DNA of 64,000 nucleotides from an uncultured Candidatus Saccharibacteria bacterium (GCA_964506305.1 CAZDKD010000001.1:8031-72030), one strand, 5' to 3'; numbered from the stretch's first letter, positions 17,171 to 26,703 are shown. Numbers and translations are program-made. Notes: generated from the sequence alone by a model not told the origin.

Positions 17171-17812
17171 ATGTTAAAAAAAAGAGTAATTAGCGGCGCA
17201 GTGCTTATATTGTTGTTAATTGGCATGTTTTTTATAGGAAAACCCTGGTTTTACCTGTTATTGACGGTTATTACTGCTTGGGGGATAAGAGAAATTTGGC
17301 TGGTTAATAAGAATAAGCATGAGACAAAGGTTTCTTTTTACCTTTTCTTTATTCTGCCGGCTCTTTACCTTTTCTTCTCGCTTTTTTGGGTAGTTGGCGA
17401 GTTGCGGTGGGGAAGTAACATCTGGTGGCTTATTTCAGCGCTTATTGGAACTTCAGCTTATGACACCCTGGCTTATTTTATCGGTAAAAGCATAGGAAGG
17501 AATAAGATTACGCCAAAGACGAGCCCAAACAAAACATGGGAAGGAACAATGGGTGGCTTTTTAGGCCCGGTTTTAACTGTTGCGATAATAGGAAGATATT
17601 TTCTCTTTCTGAATTGGTTTGAAATAGCAGTTTTTTCTTTAATGATAGGAGTTTTAGCTTTTTTAGGGGATCTTATGGTCTCTTGGTATAAAAGAAGATT
17701 AGGAGTAAAAGACATAGGACATATTATTCCTGGTCATGGAGGTTTGCTTGATAGAATAGATAGTCATCTCCTTGTTTTTTTAGGAGTTTTTTGCTTTCAG
17801 GCGATGATTTAA
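17171..17812 (+). CDS. cdsA: Phosphatidate cytidylyltransferase
   Basis: DTLAYFIGK, SPNKTWEG, KRRLGVKD, PGHGGLLDRIDS. Confidence 0.95.
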   Translation: MLKKRVISGAVLILLLIGMFFIGKPWFYLLLTVITAWGIREIWLVNKNKHETKVSFYLFFILPALYLFFSLFWVVGELRWGSNIWWLISALIGTSAYDTLAYFIGKSIGRNKITPKTSPNKTWEGTMGGFLGPVLTVAIIGRYFLFLNWFEIAVFSLMIGVLAFLGDLMVSWYKRRLGVKDIGHIIPGHGGLLDRIDSHLLVFLGVFCFQAMI

Positions 17813-17918
17813 AAATCAAAGACTCAGCATAAGTTGGGTCTTTTTTATTATAAATTAGCTTGAGTTTTGCTTAAAAAAGAGTTAGTGTGAAAAATAAGAA
17901 AATTTATTTTATAAATCT

Positions 17919-19313
17919 ATGAAAAATCTTTGGATACTTTCAGAAGAACGGCCGAAGAAAGAAGTTATTGGTCAGATTGTAAGAAAGTTTGCTTCAGATA
18001 ATGATCTAAAAATTAAAATCAAGGATATTATAATATTACCCGTTTTTTCTGATAAAAAATTTGTATTTAGATATATTATTAAAGGCATAAATTGTAAAAA
18101 GATAAAAGATATATTTGTTAAATTGGTTAGTGGTAAATCAAGTTTCATCGATTTTTTATTATTCTATCAAGAGAAAGAACCCGATAAAGATTCTAATCCT
18201 TTGTATGCAATAGAAGAAACAAAAACGGATGATTCAGAATCGAGAAACACAGGTGTATACCAAAGATGTAGTAAATTTGTTTTTATTGATTTTTATTATC
18301 CAAAAATAAAAAAGCTAATGCTTTACAATTTACAAATACCTCAAAAAATAAAGGCGACAGAAACAAATATTTTTGGCACCAGGATGCTTTTAACTATTGG
18401 TGTAGAAATTTTAGGCAAGAAACTTGACGATTCTGTTATGAAACCCTTTAGAAGTATTGATGAACTTATCAAGTTTAAAGATTCGATGCGCATGCCTCCA
18501 AAAGGAAATGTGCCGATTAAAATCAAGAAAGAAAAAAATAAATTTTTCATCTCTGGTAAATTATATAAAGCAGGTGGCCTAAGCCATGATCCTAATATTG
18601 GAGCATTAACAATAATTGCGCTTTGCATTAGAAAATGGGAAAAGAAAAAGGATATTGTTATTACTAATCATGGCTTAAAACAAAATCACATTGGAAGAAA
18701 AAATAAATTTATTATTATCGCGAACAAACTTAACATAAAACTGCAAGGATTAAAATTGCCAAAAGCAAAAATAGAACAGCCCTATTGGCACTATGAAGTT
18801 AATGGTGAGAAAGTGGCCTCTATTTTTGTGCATTTAGCAGTCGAGGCATTTACTAATGGACAAATTATTTATGAAAATCATGCTGGCTGTGAAAGAGGTT
18901 ATTTTATTGATAAAAAATTAGGACCAATTGCGATAAAAAAATATAAAAAAGGAAAAAGATCCAAGTATAAGGCAGGCAATAAAAATGCGATTATTTATTT
19001 ACCAGATCTTATCATTTGTGATCCAAAAAGAAATGAGATTGTTAATATCGAAGGCAAAACTTATAGTAAACGCAAACAAGGTATTAGTGAATTAAAAAAT
19101 TACACCTATATCGAGAAAGAATATATAAAGCCGTCTTATCGATCATCAAGGATAAAAAGAGTTGTTGTAGTTTTTGGAGGGGGAAAGAATAAAATTAAAG
19201 AAAATAAAATAGCCTTTATGCTGAACGATAAAGGCGAGATTATCTTAGGTAAAAATCCTCCTGAAATAATAAAAGAAGCAGTAAAAAAACTATTTTCGTT
19301 GCAGAATAAATAG
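17919..19313 (+). CDS. Putative restriction endonuclease
   Basis: Basic protein convergent with two MTases; PD-(D/E)xK-like PDLIICD..IEGK and DFLL..IEETK. Confidence 0.55.
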   Translation: MKNLWILSEERPKKEVIGQIVRKFASDNDLKIKIKDIIILPVFSDKKFVFRYIIKGINCKKIKDIFVKLVSGKSSFIDFLLFYQEKEPDKDSNPLYAIEETKTDDSESRNTGVYQRCSKFVFIDFYYPKIKKLMLYNLQIPQKIKATETNIFGTRMLLTIGVEILGKKLDDSVMKPFRSIDELIKFKDSMRMPPKGNVPIKIKKEKNKFFISGKLYKAGGLSHDPNIGALTIIALCIRKWEKKKDIVITNHGLKQNHIGRKNKFIIIANKLNIKLQGLKLPKAKIEQPYWHYEVNGEKVASIFVHLAVEAFTNGQIIYENHAGCERGYFIDKKLGPIAIKKYKKGKRSKYKAGNKNAIIYLPDLIICDPKRNEIVNIEGKTYSKRKQGISELKNYTYIEKEYIKPSYRSSRIKRVVVVFGGGKNKIKENKIAFMLNDKGEIILGKNPPEIIKEAVKKLFSLQNK

Positions 19314-20354
19314 TTGTTCTTTTACCGCTTTTTTATGTTTTGAATCACCGTTATTGTTACTTTTAAATCTTGGATAATCTATTTCGATCACTTTTAGATT
19401 TCCGTATTTATTTAATACGGAAACTATTTTTTTCTGAGGCATGATGCCTTCTGAATTGTAGCTTAGAATTAGGAATTTATACCTTGCGCTTCTTGCAATC
19501 CTGTTGAGGGCAGAAAGTGCAGACTCTGGATTGCAGAATTCTGATTTTTGCTTATTATAATTCCTCATTCCTGTTTTGCCCTTGATTTTTGGATTATCAT
19601 ATTTTGCGATCGTTTCCAGCAGATGATAATTACTAGCATATTGCCTGTTATTGTAGGGAGGGTCTATATATAGAATATCAACATCCAAATTATCTATAAG
19701 CTCCATGCTATCTTTATTAAAGACAGAGTGTTTTTTGTTGCTTTTATATATTCTTATGGGTCTTATTTTGAATTTTTTTAAGGCTCTTGGGTCATAATTT
19801 TTTAGAAAAGCAGCATAAACACCGGATATATTTGCATAAAAGGGGACGCTTCCTATTAAGGATGCAAGCAATATAAAATATTCATTTTTATCAATCAGTT
19901 TTGTTTTTTTCCATTCTTTTATTTGTGTTCTTATCGCGTCAATTTTCATTCCATTCTTAGCAGTAAAATATTTTCTTTGAAATTTGTCATTCTTTGTTCC
20001 TTCTTCTGTATAGTTTTTATAAATAAAGCCCTTAGTTTCCTTTAGGTTATTCAAATAATCTTGAACTAATTCTAATGACGAAACAAAAAAGCTATTTTTT
20101 GGTAGTGGGACAATCTTATCTAATAATCTTTGGAAGCTTGGCTCTTTATTGTTTTGGATATATGCCTTTTGTAAAATATAAGAGAAATACAAAACATCAG
20201 AGGAAATGATCCTGAATCCTTTTTGCTTAAAAAATCTGCCGACACTACTTGTTCCTGAAAAAAAATCGCAGAATATTCCTTCTGTTGTGCCGGTTGATAT
20301 TACTGCTTGATATATATAATCAAGCAGTTTTTCTTTACTGCCTATAAACCTCAT
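19290..20354 (-). CDS. DNA adenine methyltransferase (D12 class)
   Basis: RFIGSK, DFFSGT, YIDPPYN, LSYNSEG. Confidence 0.92.
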   Translation of the reverse strand: MRFIGSKEKLLDYIYQAVISTGTTEGIFCDFFSGTSSVGRFFKQKGFRIISSDVLYFSYILQKAYIQNNKEPSFQRLLDKIVPLPKNSFFVSSLELVQDYLNNLKETKGFIYKNYTEEGTKNDKFQRKYFTAKNGMKIDAIRTQIKEWKKTKLIDKNEYFILLASLIGSVPFYANISGVYAAFLKNYDPRALKKFKIRPIRIYKSNKKHSVFNKDSMELIDNLDVDILYIDPPYNNRQYASNYHLLETIAKYDNPKIKGKTGMRNYNKQKSEFCNPESALSALNRIARSARYKFLILSYNSEGIMPQKKIVSVLNKYGNLKVIEIDYPRFKSNNNGDSKHKKAVKEQLFILQRK

Positions 20355-20355
20355 T

Positions 20356-21870
20356 TTAATAATTTGTGATAAGTAGTTCTGAAACTTTTCCTCGTTTGTC
20401 TTTTTTACAATTTAGAGACCTATTTGATAACATTTCATGTATTTTATAGTTGTGATATAAATTATTTATAAATTTGCAATCTGAATTAGATAGCATTATC
20501 TTAACTTTCTTTTTAGTAAGTTTATCTATAGCTTTTTTTAGTCTTTCTTGGTCTTCTTTATAGAATTTTTCTTTTGTATATCTATTAAAGTCTGAGTATT
20601 TTGAAACAGGGAAATAGGGGGGATCTAGATAGATAAAATCATCTTTATTAGCTTCTTCTAGAATTTTTTCGAAGTCTGCGCATTTTATACTTGTATTTTC
20701 TAAAACTTGGCTTACTTTTTGGATATTGTCCTTATCACAAATTAATCTATTGAGAGAACTCCCAATAGGCACATTAAATTGTCCTTGTTTATTAACCCTA
20801 TATAAAGCATTGAATCCTGTTTGGTTCAAATAAATCATTCTTGCTGCTATCTCGGCGTTATTTAATTTATCAAAGATATTTATTTCTCTATCTAGGTTAC
20901 GAACTTTTATATGGAGATCTTTTGAATGTCTTATTTTTAGTCCTCTTAATAGTTTAGCCACCCGTTCCGGATTATCTCTAACGCCCTGATAAGTTTTAAT
21001 CAATTCAGCGTTATTATCTCTCAAAACTGCTTTAGATGGTTTTAGATAAAAAAACATCGCCCCTCCTCCAAGAAAGGGCTCGTAATAAGTTTTGAACTTT
21101 TTAGGTAGGAATTTTTTATATTGAGAAATCATTTCTCTTTTTCCTCCTACCCATTGAAGAAATGGTTTCGCTTCCCTGTTTGCAGATGAACCGTTTAAGC
21201 GCTTTGCGTTTTTAGTAAATGGAGAGGCATTAATTATTTTAGTAAGCGGACTATTTTCTTTTAACTGTGATTCAAGGCTTCTTATAATTTCTACAACAAT
21301 TCCTTTTACTTCTACTTCCTTTCTGAAAATGGGGAACAGTGTTGGATTCGCCGGTTGTAATCTTATCCTGTTTTTTTCGTGATATATTTTTTTAAGAGTT
21401 GCCTCGTTGTCATCAATAATAGCTACTATTGTTTGTCCATCTTCAGCTGTTTGTTGTTCTTGGATTATAACTATATCTCCGTCAAAGATACCTTCTCCAA
21501 TCATGCTATCGCCTTCTACTCTTAAGGCGTAATGTTTAGTATGATTGTTAATTTGTTTTCTGGGAACGGTAATTACTTCATCTGGAATTTCAAAAGTCTC
21601 AAATGGTTTACCGGCTGCTATTATTCCAAGTAGGGGAATTTCTACTAGACCTGCAGGTTTTTTATTATCTGATATTTCTATTGATCGGGCGTGATAGTTG
21701 GTTTTATTTAGATATCCTTTGGATTTTAGTGATTCAATATGCTGGTGGACAGTGGATACAGAAGACAATTTAAAATGCTCCTTTATTTCCTCTAGGGAAG
21801 GAGCATAATCATTTTTTTTAATGAATTTTGTAATATAATCTAGTATTTGTTTTTGCCTTTTTGTTAACAT
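20356..21870 (-). CDS. lexA: LexA repressor fused to Dam-family adenine methyltransferase
   Basis: MLTKRQKQIL HTH, IAAG cleavage site, GDSM and ATLK; then KPFLQWVGGK, EPFLGGGA, LDPPY; likely start 21870. Confidence 0.9.
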   Translation of the reverse strand: MLTKRQKQILDYITKFIKKNDYAPSLEEIKEHFKLSSVSTVHQHIESLKSKGYLNKTNYHARSIEISDNKKPAGLVEIPLLGIIAAGKPFETFEIPDEVITVPRKQINNHTKHYALRVEGDSMIGEGIFDGDIVIIQEQQTAEDGQTIVAIIDDNEATLKKIYHEKNRIRLQPANPTLFPIFRKEVEVKGIVVEIIRSLESQLKENSPLTKIINASPFTKNAKRLNGSSANREAKPFLQWVGGKREMISQYKKFLPKKFKTYYEPFLGGGAMFFYLKPSKAVLRDNNAELIKTYQGVRDNPERVAKLLRGLKIRHSKDLHIKVRNLDREINIFDKLNNAEIAARMIYLNQTGFNALYRVNKQGQFNVPIGSSLNRLICDKDNIQKVSQVLENTSIKCADFEKILEEANKDDFIYLDPPYFPVSKYSDFNRYTKEKFYKEDQERLKKAIDKLTKKKVKIMLSNSDCKFINNLYHNYKIHEMLSNRSLNCKKDKRGKVSELLITNY

Positions 21871-22006
21871 AATTTGGGTTAAGAGTTTTCCACAACCTTG
21901 ACGGGTTGACCTAGTTTTCCCCATATTATAAAATTATAACATACCGAAAGAAAAGCGAAAGTGGAAAACTTTTAAAGGTCGTAAAATAATCAAAATAAAA
22001 AATACT

Positions 22007-22303
22007 ATGGTAAAATTTAATCGAACACAAAAATTTACGAAAGCTAATATTGAAAAAGCGCCTAGGGATAAATCCATTGTTTATAAGTTGAAGAATACGA
22101 CCGGGAAAAATTTATATACGGGCATAGCAGGTCGTGGGAGGACACAAGATAGACTGCTAGAACATAAAGAATTGAAGCGAGAAAAAATCCCTGGCGCAAC
22201 TCAATTTCAGTTTGCTCAAGTAAAAAATAAAGATAGAGCAGAACAGGTTGAAAAGCAAATAATTCGAAAAGAGCAGCCAAAGTTTAATGAGCAAAATAAA
22301 TAA
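22007..22303 (+). CDS. Small GIY-YIG nuclease family protein
   Basis: IVYKL..LYTGIA..RLLEH..E..QPKFN. Confidence 0.75.
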   Translation: MVKFNRTQKFTKANIEKAPRDKSIVYKLKNTTGKNLYTGIAGRGRTQDRLLEHKELKREKIPGATQFQFAQVKNKDRAEQVEKQIIRKEQPKFNEQNK

Positions 22304-22313
22304 TCACGGGATC

Positions 22314-22433
22314 TTGATTTTTGTTAAAAAATATTTTATAATGTCAATATAAAAATCAAAAGAGGGGCGATAAGCCCCGACTAGAACGGTTACTTAGTAA
22401 TTAGTCCAAGCCGGGGTTTCCCGGCTTGTTTTT
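22314..22433 (+). ncRNA. Candidate small RNA or attenuator
   Basis: TTGATT-17-TATAAT, two hairpins, terminator 22407-22433, no ORF. Confidence 0.4.
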
Positions 22434-22501
22434 ATAAAAGTCAAAAAATTAATTGTCCCGTCACTACCAAAATTTGGTGTGAGGGCAAAAAATAAAATTT
22501 T

Positions 22502-22945
22502 ATGAGTCAAGTAATAAATTCATTAATAGCTGCAGTAATTGGTGGTGGAGTGGTGGCATTTGTTAATAATTTATTAAGAAAAAGAGAAAAGCGGTATTTT
22601 GAGGAAATTAAATATAGACGTAAGTCTTATACTGATTTACTTAATAATGTACGAGGATTTTTGAGTGATCCGAATGTGCTAGATGCAGAGAAACGCATAA
22701 TGCGACAAAATTTTCTTAAAAAATATTATAATGAAATTTGGCTTTATGCATCGCCATCAGTGATTAAAAAAATGAACAAATTTTTTCAAAATGTTACTAT
22801 ATCTAAAGCAAATCCTGACGAAAAGACCAAAGCTTTAGGAGAAACAATGTTGGCTATAAGAAAATCTTTGGGGAGTAAAAATGCCAATTTTTTATTTTTT
22901 AATAAATTAAAATCTGAAGATTACGAAATCTATTCATCAAAATAG
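22502..22945 (+). CDS. Hypothetical protein with N-terminal TM
   Basis: 147-aa ORF. Confidence 0.7.
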   Translation: MSQVINSLIAAVIGGGVVAFVNNLLRKREKRYFEEIKYRRKSYTDLLNNVRGFLSDPNVLDAEKRIMRQNFLKKYYNEIWLYASPSVIKKMNKFFQNVTISKANPDEKTKALGETMLAIRKSLGSKNANFLFFNKLKSEDYEIYSSK

Positions 22946-22963
22946 AAGTTATAAATAAAATTT

Positions 22964-23590
22964 ATGGATGAAAAACAAAAAGAACAACTAGAAAAATTCA
23001 GAAAACTTACAAGATGGATGTATGCTGATTCAAAAGAGGCAATGTTTTGCGCGAGAGCAAATTTTTTAGTTGCAATGGGATTATTTGACTACACCGAAAC
23101 ATTAGGTACATTTCTGATTGGATATTTTCAGAAGAATGAGAGTGGTCAAGTTTTAAAAGGCCCAAAAGGGAAAAAGATAAAAACACAGTCAAAAAATAGG
23201 TTTAACGCATTTTTCTCTTATTTAGGTCAAGATTACAAAAATCTATTAGATAGACACCCCGAAGTTTACGATGAGTTAAGATGTGGTTTAACCCATGAAT
23301 ATTTGCCCCGAAAGCGTAAATTTTGTGTCTATGGAATATCGAAAAGATTAACAGAGGAACAAATGGATAATTTAGTAAATGATATCGATGGCTCTAGAGT
23401 AAACTGTGGGATAATATTTTTATCTCAGGGTCAAAATGACATATGGCAAATATTTACCCCTAAATTTTTAATAGATTTTGAAAGAGGTGTCAAAAGATTA
23501 ATAAAAGAAATCGAGGACGAGAAAGATAAAAAATTAATGCTAAAATTTTTTGAGGCCGCCGATCAAATTAATTTAGAAAACTTTAGGTAA
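22964..23590 (+). CDS. Hypothetical protein (HEPN-like RxxxxH)
   Basis: YDELRCGLTHEY motif. Confidence 0.6.
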   Translation: MDEKQKEQLEKFRKLTRWMYADSKEAMFCARANFLVAMGLFDYTETLGTFLIGYFQKNESGQVLKGPKGKKIKTQSKNRFNAFFSYLGQDYKNLLDRHPEVYDELRCGLTHEYLPRKRKFCVYGISKRLTEEQMDNLVNDIDGSRVNCGIIFLSQGQNDIWQIFTPKFLIDFERGVKRLIKEIEDEKDKKLMLKFFEAADQINLENFR

Positions 23591-23616
23591 ATTATAGAAT
23601 TTAAAAAATAAAATCC

Positions 23617-24012
23617 ATGAAAAAGAATATAGAAAAAATTAAAAAAATTGCGAAGGATGTGTATAAAACTTTAGGATCGGGACATCCTGAAGTTGTTTAT
23701 GATAAAGCTATGCGAATAGGTTTGCGGCTCACCGGCATTAAGTATGAGAGCCAGAAAGTAGTAGAGTTAAAGTACAAGGGACATTATGTCGGAGAAGGTT
23801 ATCCTGATATTGTGCTTCATTTCGGTAAAAAGAAATTAATTATTGAACTAAAAGCAGTTGGCGGCGAGATGGGCGCTCCCGAGGAACAACAGTTGCTGAA
23901 TTACATGAAGATTTTAGGTATTAAATATGGCCTTTTAATTAATTTCCAACAGCCAGGCAGAGTAAAAGATAAAAAAATACAGAAACCCGAAATTAAAGAA
24001 ATTTCTTTTTAG
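23617..24012 (+). CDS. GxxExxY family protein
   Basis: LGSGHPEVVY, PDIV..IELKA, QLLNY, GLLINF. Confidence 0.9.
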   Translation: MKKNIEKIKKIAKDVYKTLGSGHPEVVYDKAMRIGLRLTGIKYESQKVVELKYKGHYVGEGYPDIVLHFGKKKLIIELKAVGGEMGAPEEQQLLNYMKILGIKYGLLINFQQPGRVKDKKIQKPEIKEISF

Positions 24013-24082
24013 TATTGTGTTTCGCCAATAAATAATCTTATGAAAAAGCTAATAAAAAGTTGACTAACGCAAAACTAAACGC

Positions 24083-24153
24083 AAAACTAAACTCGGTTTA
24101 GTTTTAAGAGTGAGAAGTCGTTGACGACAGTCGTCAACGAAAATCAAAAAATT
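24083..24153. repeat. Double-palindrome intergenic repeat
   Basis: AAAACTAAACTCGGTTTAGTTTT plus GTTGACGACAGTCGTCAAC; identical at 25388-25458, partial at 28468, 29469, 31385. Confidence 0.9.
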
Positions 24154-24165
24154 GATTGAGAAATA

Positions 24166-24228
24166 AGAACCCCCCGCTTAGCGGGGGAACCTTAATTCGT
24201 TAATGTATAAATATATAATCTTGAATTA
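24166..24228 (+). repeat. AGAACC repeat, copy 2 (spacer replaced by CCCCCGCTTAGCGGGGG)
   Basis: GAACCTTAATTCGTTAATG..TATAATCTTGAATTA. Confidence 0.7.
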
Positions 24229-24234
24229 AAATTT

Positions 24235-24441
24235 ATGTTTAAAAAGTTAGTAATTTTATTAAACATTATTGTTTTCGGTTTATTTGTTGTACAATTCTTT
24301 ACTACCTCAGGTATTGTTTTCTTTTTAACTGCAAACAGAGCGGGCTTAATAGGAAAAATCTCAGATTTGTTCTATATGGCTTTACTTTTTTTTACTCCAC
24401 TATTAAGTATTATTTTGCTTTTGAAATATAAATCTAAATAA
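24235..24441 (+). CDS. Small membrane protein
   Basis: Two TM segments. Confidence 0.6.
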   Translation: MFKKLVILLNIIVFGLFVVQFFTTSGIVFFLTANRAGLIGKISDLFYMALLFFTPLLSIILLLKYKSK

Positions 24442-24543
24442 GAAAATAGGACCAATTCTATTTTTTAAAAAACCCACCCCGCCAGGGCGGGGCAAGCAAG
24501 CAATTTTAGCCTCGCGTCAAACGCGGGTAGTCAAAGTATTTTA

Positions 24544-24999
24544 ATGATTATCAATTTTAATGAATTAAAAGTTTTTATAACCGAGGCAAGGAAAAATACT
24601 TATGCTGGAGATGGAAAACGAACGGAAAATCCTTTTTTAGCAAGTTCGGTACAGCTTGAATATAAGAAAGGAGAGTATTTTTACCGGGATATCTATTTTG
24701 GAGGGGAGAAGAATTTTGTTGGCCAAGAAGTTGTTTATCAAAGCGATAAACCAGTTTGGAGTATGGTTTACTGCGGCTCTGCGGAGCCACCAGAAGTCAC
24801 TGGTTTTCTTAAGAAATCACTATTGAATTTATCTGAAAAATGCCGATTTGGTGGGAAGTGCGAATTTGAAGAAAATGATTTAAAATATAAAGACGAGGGG
24901 GAAGGAACAATAGAACGATTTGATGGAGAAGAAAAGATTTTTATAAAAGAGAAAAATGTTTATAAATTAAAATATCAAGGAGGTTTAATTTTAAAATAA
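24544..24999 (+). CDS. DUF5680-like protein
   Basis: KNTYAG, YRDIYFG, GQEVVY, WSMVY. Confidence 0.8.
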   Translation: MIINFNELKVFITEARKNTYAGDGKRTENPFLASSVQLEYKKGEYFYRDIYFGGEKNFVGQEVVYQSDKPVWSMVYCGSAEPPEVTGFLKKSLLNLSEKCRFGGKCEFEENDLKYKDEGEGTIERFDGEEKIFIKEKNVYKLKYQGGLILK

Positions 25000-25043
25000 A
25001 CTCCCCGCCGAGGCGGGGCGGGCAAAGATAATTAAAATTTTTT

Positions 25044-25379
25044 ATGGAAAATATTAAACTTCTACCAAAAACTAAATTAGGCAAATGGTCGGTTGGATTG
25101 ATAATCGCTATGTTCTCATTATTTTTTCTTGGCATGTCATTTTTTCTAAAAGTATATACATCTGTTTCAGCAGGAGAAACTATTTTAAAAGATATTGTTG
25201 CAAGGCCGTGTTTAGCGTTATCGATGCTTTCTGGCTTTGCTTCCGGTATCATTGCTTTTATCACGGGGCTTACTGCGATTATAAAAAATAAAGAAAGGTC
25301 TATTTTGGTGTTTATCGCAACAATTATTGGTGCCTTGCTTATTTTATTCCTTACGGCAGAAATAACATCCCCGCATTAA
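25044..25379 (+). CDS. Three-TM membrane protein, copy 1
   Basis: PKTKLGKWS..KERSILV; near-identical copy at 29122. Confidence 0.85.
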   Translation: MENIKLLPKTKLGKWSVGLIIAMFSLFFLGMSFFLKVYTSVSAGETILKDIVARPCLALSMLSGFASGIIAFITGLTAIIKNKERSILVFIATIIGALLILFLTAEITSPH

Positions 25380-25387
25380 ACAATCAC

Positions 25388-25458
25388 AAAACTAAACTCG
25401 GTTTAGTTTTAAGAGTGAGAAGTCGTTGACGACAGTCGTCAACGAAAATCAAAAAATT
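25388..25458. repeat. Double-palindrome intergenic repeat, copy 2
   Basis: 71 bp identical to 24083-24153. Confidence 0.9.
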
Positions 25459-25468
25459 AATAAAGATT

Positions 25469-25663
25469 ATAGAATGTAAAAAAGAAGAAAATATAAAAGA
25501 TTGCCCATGTACTTATGATTGCGACAAAAAGGGAATGTGTTGCGAATGTGTAAAATATCATTTAGAAAGAAGAGAGCTGCCGGCTTGCTTTTTTTCTAAG
25601 GAAGCGGAAAAGACCTTTGACCGTTCAATTGAAAAATTCATAGAAGATCAAAAAAGTTTATGA
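25469..25663 (+). CDS. DUF6485-like Cys-rich protein with ATA start (absent from ORF track)
   Basis: ECKKEENIKDCPCTYDCDKKGMCCECVKYH..LPACFF; stop overlaps mscS ATG. Confidence 0.7.
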   Translation: MECKKEENIKDCPCTYDCDKKGMCCECVKYHLERRELPACFFSKEAEKTFDRSIEKFIEDQKSL

Positions 25664-26703
25664 ATACAGTAAAAGTTTTAATTTCAAATGAATATTTTCA
25701 GGCCTTGTTGATTGTGATTGGGGCAGTGATTTTGGCTAAGGTTTTGCATTTCATATTAAAAGGATATATTCAAAAGTTAACCGAAAGAACAAAGAGCGAT
25801 ATTGATAACGCCATATTGAAAATTATCACAAAGCCCCTCTATATTTTTGTTATTGTCTTAGGTATTTGGATTGGGCTGAGACTTTTATCTTGTATTAAAC
25901 CTTATCTTTTTTGGATAGACGGACTCTTTTTTGTGCTTTCTGTTTTTATAGCTTCTCTTGTTATCTCCAGAATTCTTGCTCTTTTTATCACTCGTTGGCT
26001 AAAAGTTCAGAGACGATTTGAAAAGACGCCTCAATTGATTGCTAAGATTGTCAGCGTGATTGTTTATCTTGTTGCAATTTTGATAATTTTAGACCGCCTT
26101 AACGTTGAGATAACTCCTTTAATTGCCAGCTTGGGTCTTGGGGGAGTGGCTATTGCTTTGGCTCTTCAGAGCACTCTCTCAAATCTTTTTGCCGGGCTTC
26201 ATATTATATCTGACCGGCCTATAAACATTGGCGATTATATTGAGATTGAAGGAGGACTTTCCGGCTATGTGGAAGATATTGGCTGGAGGTCAACAAGAAT
26301 AAGAACCAGAGTTAATAATTTTGTTATTGTTCCTAATTCAAAATTGGCTGAAAGTATAATCGTTAATCTTTCAACTCCCCAGAAAGAAACAACAATAGTG
26401 GTTGAATGCGGGGTTAGTTATGAGTCAGACCTTGAAAAAGCAGAGAGAGTAACAATAGAGGCAGCAAGAGAGATTCAAGAGAATATCAAGGGAGCAGTAA
26501 AGGGCTTTGAACCACTTTTTCGATATCACACATTCGGGGATTCAAATATTAGTTTTTCGATATATCTTAGGGTTGAAAAACCAATTGATAAATTTTTAGT
26601 GACGCACAAATTTATAAAAGCTCTCAAGAAAAGATACGACCAAGAAGGCATTGAAATTTCCTGGCCAGTTCTAAAGATTTATTATCCGAAGCAAAGCGAC
26701 TAA
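25660..26703 (+). CDS. mscS: Small-conductance mechanosensitive channel
   Basis: ALALQSTLSNLFAG, GDYI, DIGWRST, VPNS. Confidence 0.92.
   Translation: MNTVKVLISNEYFQALLIVIGAVILAKVLHFILKGYIQKLTERTKSDIDNAILKIITKPLYIFVIVLGIWIGLRLLSCIKPYLFWIDGLFFVLSVFIASLVISRILALFITRWLKVQRRFEKTPQLIAKIVSVIVYLVAILIILDRLNVEITPLIASLGLGGVAIALALQSTLSNLFAGLHIISDRPINIGDYIEIEGGLSGYVEDIGWRSTRIRTRVNNFVIVPNSKLAESIIVNLSTPQKETTIVVECGVSYESDLEKAERVTIEAAREIQENIKGAVKGFEPLFRYHTFGDSNISFSIYLRVEKPIDKFLVTHKFIKALKKRYDQEGIEISWPVLKIYYPKQSD

Noticed and set aside
21871-21924. N-terminal extension of the LexA fusion
   Set aside because: LexA homology begins at MLTKRQ (21870); extension overlaps the probable promoter region
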